A stretch of DNA of 64,000 nt. Origin: Vicugna vicugna (Eukaryota). Made by a program: the position numbers and the translations under genes. A model generated the notes under the pieces. It made no database searches. It was not told where the DNA came from and worked only from the letters and a program-made list of their open reading frames with translations. This document shows positions 25,301 to 37,616 of the stretch, one piece after another; within the stretch, counting starts at the first letter, position 1; each line of letters opens with the position of its first letter. Location: NCBI GenBank assembly GCA_013265495.1, contig MU057711.1:806001-870000 (forward strand), read 5' to 3'.

Positions 25301-28300
25301 GTTTCAAAAGAATTTTCTCACATCACTTGAAAACACTTAGGAAACAACTTTAGTGACTGTAGTATTTTATGAGATGAATGGATGAACCATGGTTTACTGA
25401 CCTGTGTTCCTCATGTTGAATATTTATCCTGGATCTGATTTTTGCTTTTACACATTGTGCTGGAGTGAGTAGCTCTGTTGTCTAAACATTTGTCTGAACT
25501 TTCGGTTATACCCTTAAGGATGGGTTCCTGCGAAAATAGAATCACTGGGTCTGAGATTGTGAGTGTTTGGGAGCCTTCCAATATACTGACAAATGGCTTT
25601 CCAGAAAGATCAAGTCAATTGATACTTCCATAAGCAACAGTGTTTGAGAGGATCTCTCTCTGCTCTAACATTGATCTTTGCCACTCCTTAAACTTCTCTA
25701 CTGCTTTCTTTAATTTGGTAACCAGAAGACGGTACCTTGCTTTTATAATGTAAACTTCTTTGCTTCTTGGTGTTTTTCATGTGACTGTTAACCATTTGTT
25801 AAGAACCACTGTTTTAGCCCAAGATAAGGGCATACACAAAAAAAAGTTAACTGTACAGTTCAGTAGGAAACTGTGGGACACGGTCCATATTATAGGGCGG
25901 TTGAACTTTTATTTAATTATTGTTATTTGTCTTGCCTTCAAAAGTCCATCTGGCTTGAATGTGACAGTCTGGGGCAAGGCCGGTAATGAGTCCCAGGGAC
26001 TCAGCCACTGTCTTCTCTTTGTGCAGACCCCTTCGGACAGGAGAGAACATGACAGGCGAGCTGAGTCCTGAAAGCTTGTATGTAGGACCCAGAAGAGTCA
26101 GCCATACCCTAAGCCTCATGTTTTTTTGAATGGCGTGCTGGTGAGACGATGTTTCACTTGCTGTTTGTCTTAGTGAGGAACCAAGAGTGTGTGTCTGTGA
26201 ACATCCAGCATTTCCTTACTCTCACTTTGCATTACACAAGGTGCAGTGGATGATTCTTAAGATCCAGTGCCAGCCTGTCTCCTGATCAGCTGGCACCATT
26301 TTCTTGACTTGAGCTTTAGTTTTCTAGGCTTGTGTGCCGTGATGGAACACTCTGAAGCACAGATTAGTTCTCAGTTTACTGAATTTTTCATCATACAGCT
26401 GCTGTGCCTAAGGCCGGGAGTGAACTGCCTTCCTTCGTATTATGAGGTCTAGTTGCATTAGAAATAGCTCTCCCCACCCCTAAGCCTCCAGGGCTCAAAG
26501 TGCTGGATTCACTACTTCACTTGGAAAGGGGTGGGATGTCCCAAAGCATTGGTCACATAGCTGTGGATTGGCTTTCAGCCATCCCTCCCAGCTTTCCTTC
26601 CTCCTGTGATCGTGAATTCCAGGCAGTAATTAGACCTCAGGAAAGCCCGTTCCGAAGCACTTGCAGGCTGACGAGACCGGCAGCCTCTTCTGTGCATGGG
26701 CTAGGGTTTCAGAGCCCTTCCTTTTTAGGGTGCAGTAACCTTAGACAGGAGTGCTTTTCACCCTGTGCATTAATTTTAATTGAGCAGTGACACCTGGTTT
26801 CTGTGCCACTCTGAGATCTACATGTAGCTGAACTGATGGTTCAGGTGCCTTCCCGCCCTTGGTCGTTGACGTCGCTGGGATACGCTGCAAACAGAGCAGC
26901 AGGCAGAGAGGCTCCCACAAGCTGCTGAGTAGCCCAGGCATTGCTGGGCTTTGTGAAGCAGATAAGTATGTGTGTCAGAACTTGGAAAGATCAGGGAAGA
27001 CTTCCTAGAATCTGTTGGAGCCAAACTTTGAAGGATCAAGTGATGTTACAGAGGTTTGACTGTGAGAAAATATATATATATACACCTCAAGACTCACATT
27101 TAGGATCCGGTATGCACAGCACACTGTGCAGTCTACAGAGGGTTTCCCCTTTAATTCTCACAGGAATCCCGTAGAGAGAGGTGGTGAGAGGCTTAATGCT
27201 TTGCATAGGATCAAATAGCAGTTCAAATTTTTTGCCACTTGCTGGCTGTCTGTTTTCACTCGTGGTTCGGTCTTGAAGAGGAGCCCCTGCGGGAGAGCAG
27301 ACTAAAGAGAGCCCTTCACAGCAAGGTCCCCGCAAGGCTGCGACACACGGAGGTCATTTGGGGACTTTGTTAGAGTCCAAGATTAAGGTCTAATATTATT
27401 AAACATGCTAAGTAATCACTTTTGAAAAGAAAAGTTAGTGAAAAACAGTTTTTTTAAACTAAATGAGCTATCAGAGTTGAAGAATCATAGCAAAACTAAA
27501 ATATGTACAGGTATACAGTGCTTAGGTGACTTAACAATTACTACATGTTGTAAACTAATGTATACAGTAGTCATTTCCTGAAGGAAGGGTGTATGTAAGG
27601 AAGGTAAGGAAAGATATTTCAAAACACTTCATGAGATAGTACAAGAACTAGAAGAATCACGGCAAAAGCAAAAGTAAAAGCAAAGCAAAGCAAGGAACGA
27701 GGGCGAATAGAGCCAAATATCGCCTACATTTTTTAAACCTCTTCTCATTTTAGGTTTCTGGCTATACTTAAGTAACATTTTTCTTTACTCAAATCGGAGT
27801 TACAAAGACCAGTAGGAAAGGTAGTCTGGTAGGTCACTTGTCTCCTGTTCCCTGGATGTCTGGTCTCAACCAGAACGAGTCAGTACTTTGACAAGGTGTC
27901 AGCAAGCAGGTAAGGGAAATAAGCCCACTATTCTAGGGGTTTCAAGCCCGGCTTCATGTTCTCTTACCCTGGCACTGCCAGTTACGTTTGTTTTTATTGG
28001 AAAATGATAACCTTGGAGTTGAACTATGTTTACAGAAGAGGCATTGCTTACATGGGTCCTGTCACTGCCAAGTTCACGTTGCCTGTCAGGAAATAGGACA
28101 CCTGATGGAAGGCCTCTGAAGAGGAAATTGAAGCGTTTGAGTTGTGTTGATCTAACAGACTTGTGCAAGGTGATCTATTGCATCTGATCCTTGAGTATCT
28201 GGCCTCCAAAGGCCATTAGTTGAGTAGTGCCAGGCATTGCTCTTGGGTTAATATAATGGTTAAAAAGAAGACAGGCAAGGTTGCTGTCCACCTGGAGCTT

Positions 28301-28564
28301 ACACTTTAATGTAAAGGAGGAGACGAAGGACACACAAGTGAAAGTAAACGAACAAGGCAATGCGTTGTGTCACCCTCAGGGGACTCTTGTAACACTGATT
28401 CTTCTCCTGCGTTCCACAGATGCGCAAGGTGAATTTTTGTGCCTTAATGAATGTATAAAGGCGAGTGAACTGTTGGAAGTCCACTGTGCTTCTATTTGAT
28501 ATTCACTGCTAATGAATTTTCGTACCTGCAAATGTCAGAATTCTTAAGTATGTGTTTCTTTTAG

Positions 28565-28707
28565 GTTGCAGAGAACATGTTTTGGAAGATGCAAAACCTG
28601 AATCTATTGGTGACACTGCTGACTTGGCCCTGCCACCTGAAATGCCGATTTTGATTGACTTCCACGCTCTGAAAGACATCCTCGGGCCCCCAATGTATGA
28701 AATGGAG
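28565..28707 (+). CDS. LONP2: LONP2 coding exon 12: GCREHVLEDAKPESIGDTADLALPPEMPILIDFHALKDILGPPMYEME
   Basis: tttcttttag| and |gtgagc; 143 nt, phase 1 to 0. Confidence 0.96.
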
Positions 28708-31700
28708 GTGAGCATTCTCGTTTTGCTGTTGGTACCACCAGTTCACTCTGTTGGTTGCTTAATGGACTAGGGGAGAAGTAGCTTTGGGTGTTCGGGGAGG
28801 CTGAGTTTTGTCTTAAGTTTGGAAACTTGTTTTCTCTGTGGTGTTGAATTTTGGTGCTTAATGTGATAATGTGGCTTTTGCAGAACACCAGAGACCCTGG
28901 CCAGACCCTCTTTTAGAAACCCAGTCTGATCTTTTTCTCTGCATCCAGTTCCATTTTAAGAACAGTGTTTCTGACTTTCCTCTTTAGAAATTCTATATTC
29001 CTATTGTGTGTGCTTTAATTAAGGATTCCTCTGTGCCAGCAAAGGCTTGTGGGGGGAGGAGGAAAGCAGCCTAGTACAAAATACCTGAAGTCAGGAATCT
29101 GGCTTCAGCTTCAGGCTGCTCTAGTGCAGACCAGCTGGTGTCTTCCAGGATCTGTTCTTTCTTTATTATAACTAGTTTCTCTGGGTTAAGCCCATGTACG
29201 GGTCTACCCCATTTCCACCTCTCCCCTGACTGTCCCACACAGCAGAATGCCCAACTGGAGAGTCCTGGAAGGAAGCAGGGCTGACTGAGTTGAGGCAGCT
29301 GGATGAAAGGAGATGTCTGAGTCTGTGACTGCCAAGACCCTGTGATGTGTTTTATAGGATGCTTACTTGAGCTTTTATGAGTTAGTTACTAGGAAAAATA
29401 TGTATTTTACTACTGAGCTTATTAGCATCTTTCTTCAGAAGCCTTACCATCACCTTTTCAGTATATGGAAAAAAGATTTTCAGAAGATACATCTGGTAAA
29501 TTATGAAGAAGATAACCTCACCATCTAACATTTGAAATCACTGCCAGTAAATAAGGTTTTCCTCAAAACTGAGGAGAGGAGAAGTAGTCCCCAAACCTGC
29601 CTTATTTGTCTGCGTAAACTCTGAGCTGGTCATTAATGCCTGCGAGCCCCTGAAAAGCTCTCAGCTACAAGAACAGAACACGTTTACTCTTGATGGTGAA
29701 TCTGGTCCTGAACCATAGAATCAGAAACATTATTCTGGTTGTTAGAATTCTTAAGATATTGTGGATTTAAATTTTGAAGTGTTGAAAGAAGCAGAGCAAA
29801 ACTTGGTTGAGGAAGTGGGCCAGCACTGCTTTCCTGTTCCAAGAGAGCACGGTGGTGTTGTGAGCAAGGATGGAAACAGGTTCTGCACGCGCGTGTCCGG
29901 CGGGCTTGCTCCTCTCGGCTCTCCACAGCGGTACGCGCCAGCCATCCTTGCGGAGCTTACACCGGAGGCGTTAATAAACACAAAAGATGGATGTGCGCTT
30001 CTGTTGCACACACCCCTCCGTCCCAGCCATTTCTGCTCCTGTTGGGTTTGGAAGCATTGCTGACATTCTTGGAGCTTTGGCAGAGAAAGAGCCAAAGGAC
30101 CGAAAGAGTAGTTTTATAAACATGGCTTAACAGCTCTGTTTGAAATCATTGGAGAAACTGTTTCATTTTTCTTGTGGCATCTGAGGTATTACACTTTCAC
30201 TGACATGAATCCAGTAGCCACTTTGACTTCTATTTTTCTGTAAGTCTTAGAATAGAAGGTCCTGTGCCTGGGAGTGAGGGACATTTTGTTCACCTTTTCT
30301 ACACTTGAGAGAATTCACCCTGTCGCCGGGCGTTTCCTTCTCTACCTTGATGACCATCAGCCCCCAAGTTTTTAGCCACCCTCTTCCCCAGCTTTTGCAC
30401 CTATGAGATTAAGATTTATGGATCATTTCTTCATTGTCCACGAGGGCTTTCACTGTCTTTGGAGTCCCCCATTTTACAGACAGAGAAAAACTTAAAGAGG
30501 TTAAATGAATCATGCAAATTCACATCAGGTGCAACCAGTGAAGCCAGTATTTAAACTTAGCTCAGCCAAGTGCAAGTCCAGTATGCTTTCCCTGTCCCTG
30601 CAGACCATGCTCATTCCTGCCCTTTCCTGCTAAAAGAGAATCACTGAAGTATGGCAGTTTTACAGAAAAGGCGTCTGCTCTACATCAGATTTTCACTTAT
30701 ATTCTCACCGACTGTAGTGCTGTGTTTTGGGGTGGGAGAGGTCGGGTTGGGCTTCTTGGCCACTTTCTGTTTGTGTATCTGTTAGGTGTCAGGCACTGGA
30801 GGAGACCCTGTCACAAGCAACACATCGAGTCTTCAGGTATGGCGTCTTTCCGATACCAGTTGAGGAACCAGGCTTAGCGTGTTTAAGTGACTTGTGAGAA
30901 GATGCACCTTTTGCCAGAACTAAGATTTGGTTCCCGGCCTGACCCCACGCTTGTGTTCTGGGTGTTTCGTTAGAGAAGTGTGACCCAGCCCCCCTGAGCA
31001 GCCAGCCTTCTGCTGTATGCAGTGCTCGCGGGGGCTATCGCCGCCTCCCTGCCTCTCTGCGCCTGCCTAGGTCAAGAGTCTGGAGAGACAGATTATACTA
31101 GGAGTACTGGAGGCCATGGTGAGGTGTTCCCAAGGTGCTGGAACGTGCCTTTTGGGGTTTAAAAGTCTGTATTCTCCATGAAGATAAAAGTTGAGGTTCT
31201 GTCATTTCTCCTAGAAGGAGTTCCATTTTCAGTAAATGTGTGCTGCTGGCAATACAGGAGTAAACAGACAAGGGGTGATTCTACCTTCGTGGAGCTTACA
31301 TTAGTAGGGAAAAGAAACAAATTAACAGATGATTATCAGTTGAGATTGATTCTGTAAAGCAGACACACAGGGTGGTCCTGAGCTAGGGAGTGGCTGCTCC
31401 AGCCGTGTCTGGGGTGGACTTTGGAGCTAGACTGGAGAGTCTTGCTGATGGCGTACCCGTGGGGAAAAGGAAACAGTAATCAAAAGGGATTTCGGGTTTC
31501 TGGCCAGAGCAGCAGGATGTGTGTGCAGTCGTGCTGTTTCCTGAGATGGGAGAGCCTGACGACGGAAGGAAGGCGGTAGTGAAACTGGGTGCTCCTTTCT
31601 GCACAGGTCTGAAATATCTCTGTGGCCTCTGAGTGAAGGAGACATTGGGACATGCAGGTCTATTGTTCAGAGGAGAAACCCAAGATGGAGATGTAAATTA

Positions 31701-32049
31701 CAGAGTTGTAAGAAAATAGAAACAAGATCAGTTAAACCCAATTTTAAGAAATAAAATAAGAGATCTCCCTGCAGTATAAAGAGACGTGGGAGAGGGTGGG
31801 GGTGCAGGCGCCTGAAGCGGCCTGGCCTCCGTCCACAGCATGGGGTGTCAGGACACGTCCCCAGCAGCACACCCAGGTCAGGGGCTGTAGGATTTAGGGA
31901 AGCGCACAGCTATTGAATCTTTGATCTGGTCGGTTAGAAGATTGCCATTAATAATGGTAAACTTGTTTGCAGTTACTTTTAGTTTTTAAATTTTATTTGC
32001 TTATCTATTTACTTATTTAGACTCCAACCCATTTATTTGTTTTCTATTT

Positions 32050-32116
32050 TTTCCTTTTTTGTTAATTGAAGTATGGTTGATTTACAGTGTTTCAGGTATA
32101 CAGAAAAGTGATTCAG

Positions 32117-32152
<36 letters not shown>

Positions 32153-33135
32153 CTATTCTTTTTCAGAGTCTTTTCCATTACAGGTTATTGTAAGATGTTG
32201 AATGTAGTTCCTTGTGCTATACAGTAGGCCCTTGTTGGTTATCTATTTTATATATGCTAATCCCATACTCCTAATTTATCTCTCCCCTCTTTACCCTTTG
32301 GTAACCATAAGTTTGTTTCCTATGTCTATGAGTCTGTTCCTGTTTCATAAATAAGTTCATTTATATCATCTTTTTAGATTCCACATATAAGTGGTATCAT
32401 ATATTTGTCTTTCTCTGACTTACTTATTAACTTCATATGGTAATCTCTGGGTCCATCCATGTTGTTACAAATGGGATCATTTCATTCTTTTTCATGGCTG
32501 AGTAATATTCCATTGTATATATACCCCACATCTTCTTTATCCATTCATCTGTCTGTAGACATTGAGGTTGTTTCCATGTCTTGGCTATTGTAAATACTGC
32601 TGCTTTGAACATCGGGGTACATTATCGTTTCGAAATAGAGTTTTCGGTTTTTTTCCAGGTATATGCCCAGGAGTGGTATTGCTGTATCATATGGTAGTTC
32701 TATTTTTAGTTTTCTAAGGCACCTCAATATTGTTCTCCATAGTGGCTGCACCAATTTACACGCTCACCAACAGAGTAGGAGGATTCCTTTTTCTCCATAC
32801 CGTCTTTTTATTTATTATTTGTAGACGTTTTTTGATGATGGCCATTCTGACTGGCATGAGGGATACCTCATTATAGTTTTGATTGGCATTTCTCTAATAA
32901 TTTGTGATGTTGAGCATCTTTTTGTGTGCCTGTTGGCCATCTGTGTGTCTTCTTTGGAGAATTGTCTGTTGAGATCTTCGGCCCATTTTTTGATTGGGTT
33001 TTTTTTTTAATTGAGCTTATATTTTGGAAATTAACTCCTTGCCAGTCGCATCATTTGCAAATATTTTCTCCCAGTCTGCAGGTTGTCTTTTCATTTGGTT
33101 TATGGTTTCCTTTGCTGTGCAGAAGCTTTTAGCAA
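32050..33135 (-). mobile_element. L1 3' portion (ORF2 C-terminus plus 3'UTR), relatively young
   Basis: Minus ORF 32545-32754 '[31 protein letters not shown]' is the L1 ORF2 C-terminal motif; T-rich tail at the left end. Confidence 0.9.
32117..32150. repeat. (TA)n microsatellite within L1 3'UTR
   Basis: About 17 TA units seen directly. Confidence 0.95.
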
Positions 33136-33653
33136 AAGTTTAGCAATAATTTTTATTGATTACATGACATCTTTTGGGGAGATGAGAATCTTACAATTTT
33201 CATTTCCATCCTGTCAAAGCCAGGAGAAGCCTCCACGTTATTAGATACATATACATCTTCATATTAGATGTATATATCTATTAAGTATATTATATAAATA
33301 TCATAAAATCCTATAGCTGACTCCCCCAAAAAAGCCAACATAAGGAGTTCCTGTATATGTCAGGAGGGAACAGTCTTCAACTCACAGATTGAAAATGTGG
33401 GGACACAGTCAGAAGAACACGTAAGCTCTAGTCTTTCCAGGATAAATTTAATTTTCAGCCTCAGAAAACCAGCCATCCAGGCTGTGAGTGTCTGTTCTGT
33501 CCAGTCTGCTAATCCTGAAAATGTGTCATCCGAGTATTCCTGACTCCATTCATAGACTGTAGGAAAGCTGCTGTGGTGTATGAAAAGTCCTTATCCAAAG
33601 GTCACTGCCCTCAAAAGAACATTAATAAAGGGAAGAAGACAACAGACGTGCAG

Positions 33654-33794
33654 TTTTTTTTCTTTTTAAAAGTTTTTTGGGGCGGGGTAATTATTTATTT
33701 ATTTATTTAGTCGGGGTGCTGGGTGGAGATTGACCCCAGGACCATGTACATTCTAGGCACACACTCTACCACAAGGCTATACCCTCCCCACCCT
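33654..33794 (-). mobile_element. tRNA-derived SINE (camelid-type, more diverged) with 10-bp TSD
   Basis: TSD AGACGTGCAG at 33644-33653 and 33795-33804; ends 'ctataccctcccc' like the 12507 copy; (TTTA)n in tail. Confidence 0.85.
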
Positions 33795-36700
33795 AGACGT
33801 GCAGATTTTTAAAAGCTTCCTGAATGGAATGCATCCAAAGGTGAATTCCAAGAGATTCCATCAGTGTGCTTACCTTGCAGACAGACAGAATCAGATGCTA
33901 GAAGTGGGTGAAGTGTCTCAACACTAACGGAATGCCCTGAGGAGTCGTTACCGGTAGTGAATTCCTTCTCCGTTCCACTCCGTTCGCTTGCTCGGGGCCC
34001 CACGCCCTGTTAAGACAGCACTGAGGCTGCATGTAGCCTCGCCCCCGCCCCATCCGTCACCCGGCGTCTGGGCCTGGGAAAGGCCCCGCTGGAGGCTCTG
34101 GGACAGCTGGCCATCAGCAGTGCCGGTGTCCGGCCAGACCCCAGCACCTCGCCAGGGGAGAAGCTGCTGAAACAAATTTACAGCTGGAAAAAGCAAACAT
34201 TCATGAAGTCAAGGCTTAGGATCTTATTAGTACAAAGACTTTAAAGAAGTTGGCAGATGGAGAGCTGCTGTGGTGAGAATCCTGGCGGGAGCATAAGAAG
34301 CGCTGTGTGAGCTGTGAAGGAGGCCGGCGTGCGGTGTGGACGGCACTGCAGAGCCAGCCGCCCCCGCGCCCCAGAGCGGGTTTGTGTGTCTCGCGGCACC
34401 GGGCTTGTCCCTGGGAAGAAGGCCCACAGCATGATTCGTGTGTCTAGTCCTTGGCACATGCTGGCCTCTCTGCTCCGATGGCTTTCTGCCCTTTTTCTGC
34501 CCAGCAGACCCCTAGTCATACTCTAAGACTGCTCAGTCCCTCCTCTAACACCTGTCCCAGCTCCCCAGACATGACCCTGCTTCTCCAGGGCTCTCTGTAG
34601 ATACAAGCGCTCGGTGCATCCTCTGCTGTCACACTCCCTGTGCGGGGGTATAAATGGCCCCTTCCTCTGTCGTAGGTAAGTAGGCCTTCACTTCCCTGAG
34701 GGATTCACTTGATATTCCTATGATCCGTGATGGGGCAGGCACTGATGAACGAATGTAAAACTCTTAACCCCTCTGATTGGCTGCAATAGTGAATAACAAA
34801 GTAATAAAACTATATGTGTTGGTCTAGGCTTGGAAGGGTCACAAGTTGTACGTATTTACTGTTTCAGTCAAATTTCACTGTTTTAAGTTAATCAAGAGGA
34901 AAGAACAGTGTGAAATTGGCAGTGATTACTCACATGCTTCTTAAACACCGCTATCACTGAAATGTTAAGAATGCAACCATACTTTAAAAGACATACTCTG
35001 TTATGATTAGGTTTTTCATTAAATATTTCAAACACTTCCTCAATCTGCATATATACATGATCGATAGAATTATTACAGAAAAAATTGACCATTTTTCTTT
35101 GAACAAGATTCAGTTAACAGATAAAGGAAACAAGCACAGGGATTTATGAGTTTCAGAGGAAACTGAGTGACAGAAATGAGCTTAAGATACCCACGTTCCA
35201 CTTCGACATCTACAGGGAAAAACCTTCTAAGTGCCACACCTCGGCCTGTCTTGGCTAATATAACTGATGGTTCCACAAACCAGTAATGGAATTAGAAACT
35301 AGTAAAGCACTACTAGATAAACATAGTTTTGAAATAATTGTGTTGAATCACTTGTTAGAGAATACTGTAAAATACAAATTGTTCCCTATAAAGGGTTTAA
35401 GATGGCTGGGACACTTTCTGCCTTCAAGAGCAAGAAAGTACACATATCCTATCTTTTAAATTCATATTTACTTGCACTCTCATTGTTTCTGAGGGAAAAA
35501 TACATAGAAACTGGATGCTTGATTGTTACAGAATTGTTAGTTTCAGAACACGTGTCTTTGAAGAATATGACCAAGTGAATGAAAGATTCTTTACTAAGTC
35601 TTAGATAACTGCTCTTAGCCTGACCACGAGGTTCTGCATGACAGTAACTCCTGCCCTTCAGTTCCGCCACGTGTGTGTGTGTGTTGTTGAGCTACACGGA
35701 AGTGTCGTTGGTTCCATCTTCAGGTTAATGTTAGAACACTTACCATCAAGTTAGAATAGAGTGATTGTGAGCCTGGATGTTTTGGGTTTGGCCATTCGGA
35801 CTTATCTACCCCGATCCTTTCAGCTGAGTGTACCAATCACTTCCGCCCAGAGCACCAAGACTCTGGCAGATGGAGTGTGTCAGAAATAGGCTTGGTTTCT
35901 TGAAGCAACGTGGCAGTCAATATGAGTCTTATTCCTGATTTTGGGGGGACATTTTTGGTATTATTCTGACAAAATGAGTTTTGAGGATTTAGCTTTAAAA
36001 AGGGATTGTTCTTGCCATAGCTAACAAAGTTGTGCCGTATGGCTTTTTCTGTTAAATGAGCACATGCTTCAGCATACTGAGGATGAGTCTTCAGGACTGG
36101 TTCAGTCAGCCCTAGAAAAGAGTCACGCGGGAAAAACAGGAACCCCTGGCAGGTTCCTGCCCAAATTAGATGTCGTTACGGTATAGAGAACTGATTTTAT
36201 ATTAGCAAGAACAAGCCTTGTGACTCCTTTATAAATAGTTGTGTCTGTGTTTTCCTTCCATAGTTGATCATTTGCATACTGATCTTGTGCATCTTTCTCA
36301 AGTAGATACAGAACAGGGCAAATGCCAAAGCTGAGGGGAGGTGAAATCCGTGGTGCATGGTCTCAGCTCAGCTGGCGCTGCAACCTGGCCTTCCAAATCT
36401 CCAGCTTCTCGTATTAAATAGAAAACCAACTTGAAAAACAGGCTTTTATGTTTACTACTAAAATTAAGTGCCCAGTAGATTCAGTGGATGCTACACATCC
36501 ATTTAAAATCAGGATTTTCAGCACATGAGCCCCTTGGGGAAGGAATAATAATCAGCCACCCAGCCTTCCAACCAGAAACTCAGAGAAACTCAGAGGAAGT
36601 TACCTCTCGGTGGAAAAATCTCATGTTTCAGTTAGTGCTGGGTTGACACATTGTGCCCAGTTCCTCTGACATGGGTAACTTCTATAGGGTAAAAAATTTG

Positions 36701-37408
36701 GAGGCTCAAAGTGTGCAATAAAACTTAACATGACTGCTTTCAACTGTTACTTTTTATATGTTTTCATAACTTGGATGTGTTAACCTGTTTGGCTCGTAAG
36801 CTCCTGTGAGTGACATGTTCAGTATAAAACGGCAGTGAGGCAGCACAGTGGGCCTCTGGGTGCGTGGAAAGGATCTGGGACATCATGAAGTAGCATTTTA
36901 TAGTGTCTGCAGCAATAAAGAGAAAGTAAAGCTAAGTGGTGGAGAAGTAAAATCTAGCAATTTTAATATACACCTTCGTACTTGGCCTCTGGAGCTAACA
37001 CTTCTCAAAGGTATATTAAAAAGAGGGTTTCTGCTTTCTGAAACAAATTCATGATTACCTAAAATGAAATTCGGCTCTAGACTATTTATAAATAATGAAA
37101 ATATTAGGTAAAACAATTCCTTCTATTCCTTGAAAAGTAAGGTGTGTGCAACTAGATGTGGTGGCTGAGAATCAGTTATTGACATGTATTTTAAGGGAAA
37201 ATTATTTCTGGTAAATGCCAAAGAGGAAGTTTAGTTTATCTTCTGGCAGAAAGCCCTACGTGACTCCAGATCCTGTGCAGCAGTAGATACTTTGAGATGC
37301 AACTTGAACTTCAGCCCTTCACGGAAGCGCACAGCCTTGCGACTGAGTCAGCCTGCAGACGATCTGGCTGCGTTGATCTCACGGATCATTGTCCTCCTTT
37401 CTCTCAAG

Positions 37409-37616
37409 GTGTCTGAGCGTCTGAGTCAACCAGGAGTGGCAATCGGCTTGGCTTGGACTCCCTTGGGTGGGGAAATCATGTTCGTGGAGGCGAGCCGAAT
37501 GGATGGCGAGGGCCAGCTGACCCTGACTGGCCAGCTAGGGAACGTCATGAAGGAGTCTGCCCACCTTGCCATCAGCTGGCTCCGTAGCAACGCCAAGAAG
37601 TACCACCTGACCACCG
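37409..37616 (+). CDS. LONP2: LONP2 coding exon 13: [69 protein letters not shown]
   Basis: ctctcaag| and |gtgagt; 208 nt, phase 0 to 1; Lon protease-domain motifs GLAWT..GG and TGQLG.VMKESA. Confidence 0.97.

Larger units (their letters stand above)
17412..35850 (-). pseudogene. Putative decayed multi-exon gene nested antisense in LONP2 introns 11-12 (coiled-coil protein, tentatively CCDC73-like)
   Basis: Minus-strand exon remnants at 35096-34997 (ATG), 29833-29688, 28525-28443, 27286-27200, 26884-26794, 26407-26226, 24683-24543, 24216-24032, 22170-22081, 21025-20950, 20730-~19593, 19482-17922 (split by LTR), 17791-17412. Most have polypyrimidine-AG acceptors; in-frame stops and degraded donors are present. 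Confidence 0.6.

Noticed and set aside
33874..33936. Minus-strand 63-nt block with strong donor AAG|GTAAGC (also weaker candidates at ~33420-33520 and ~30030-30450)
   Set aside because: They lie where further fossil exons would be expected, but phase and peptide evidence were too weak to call.
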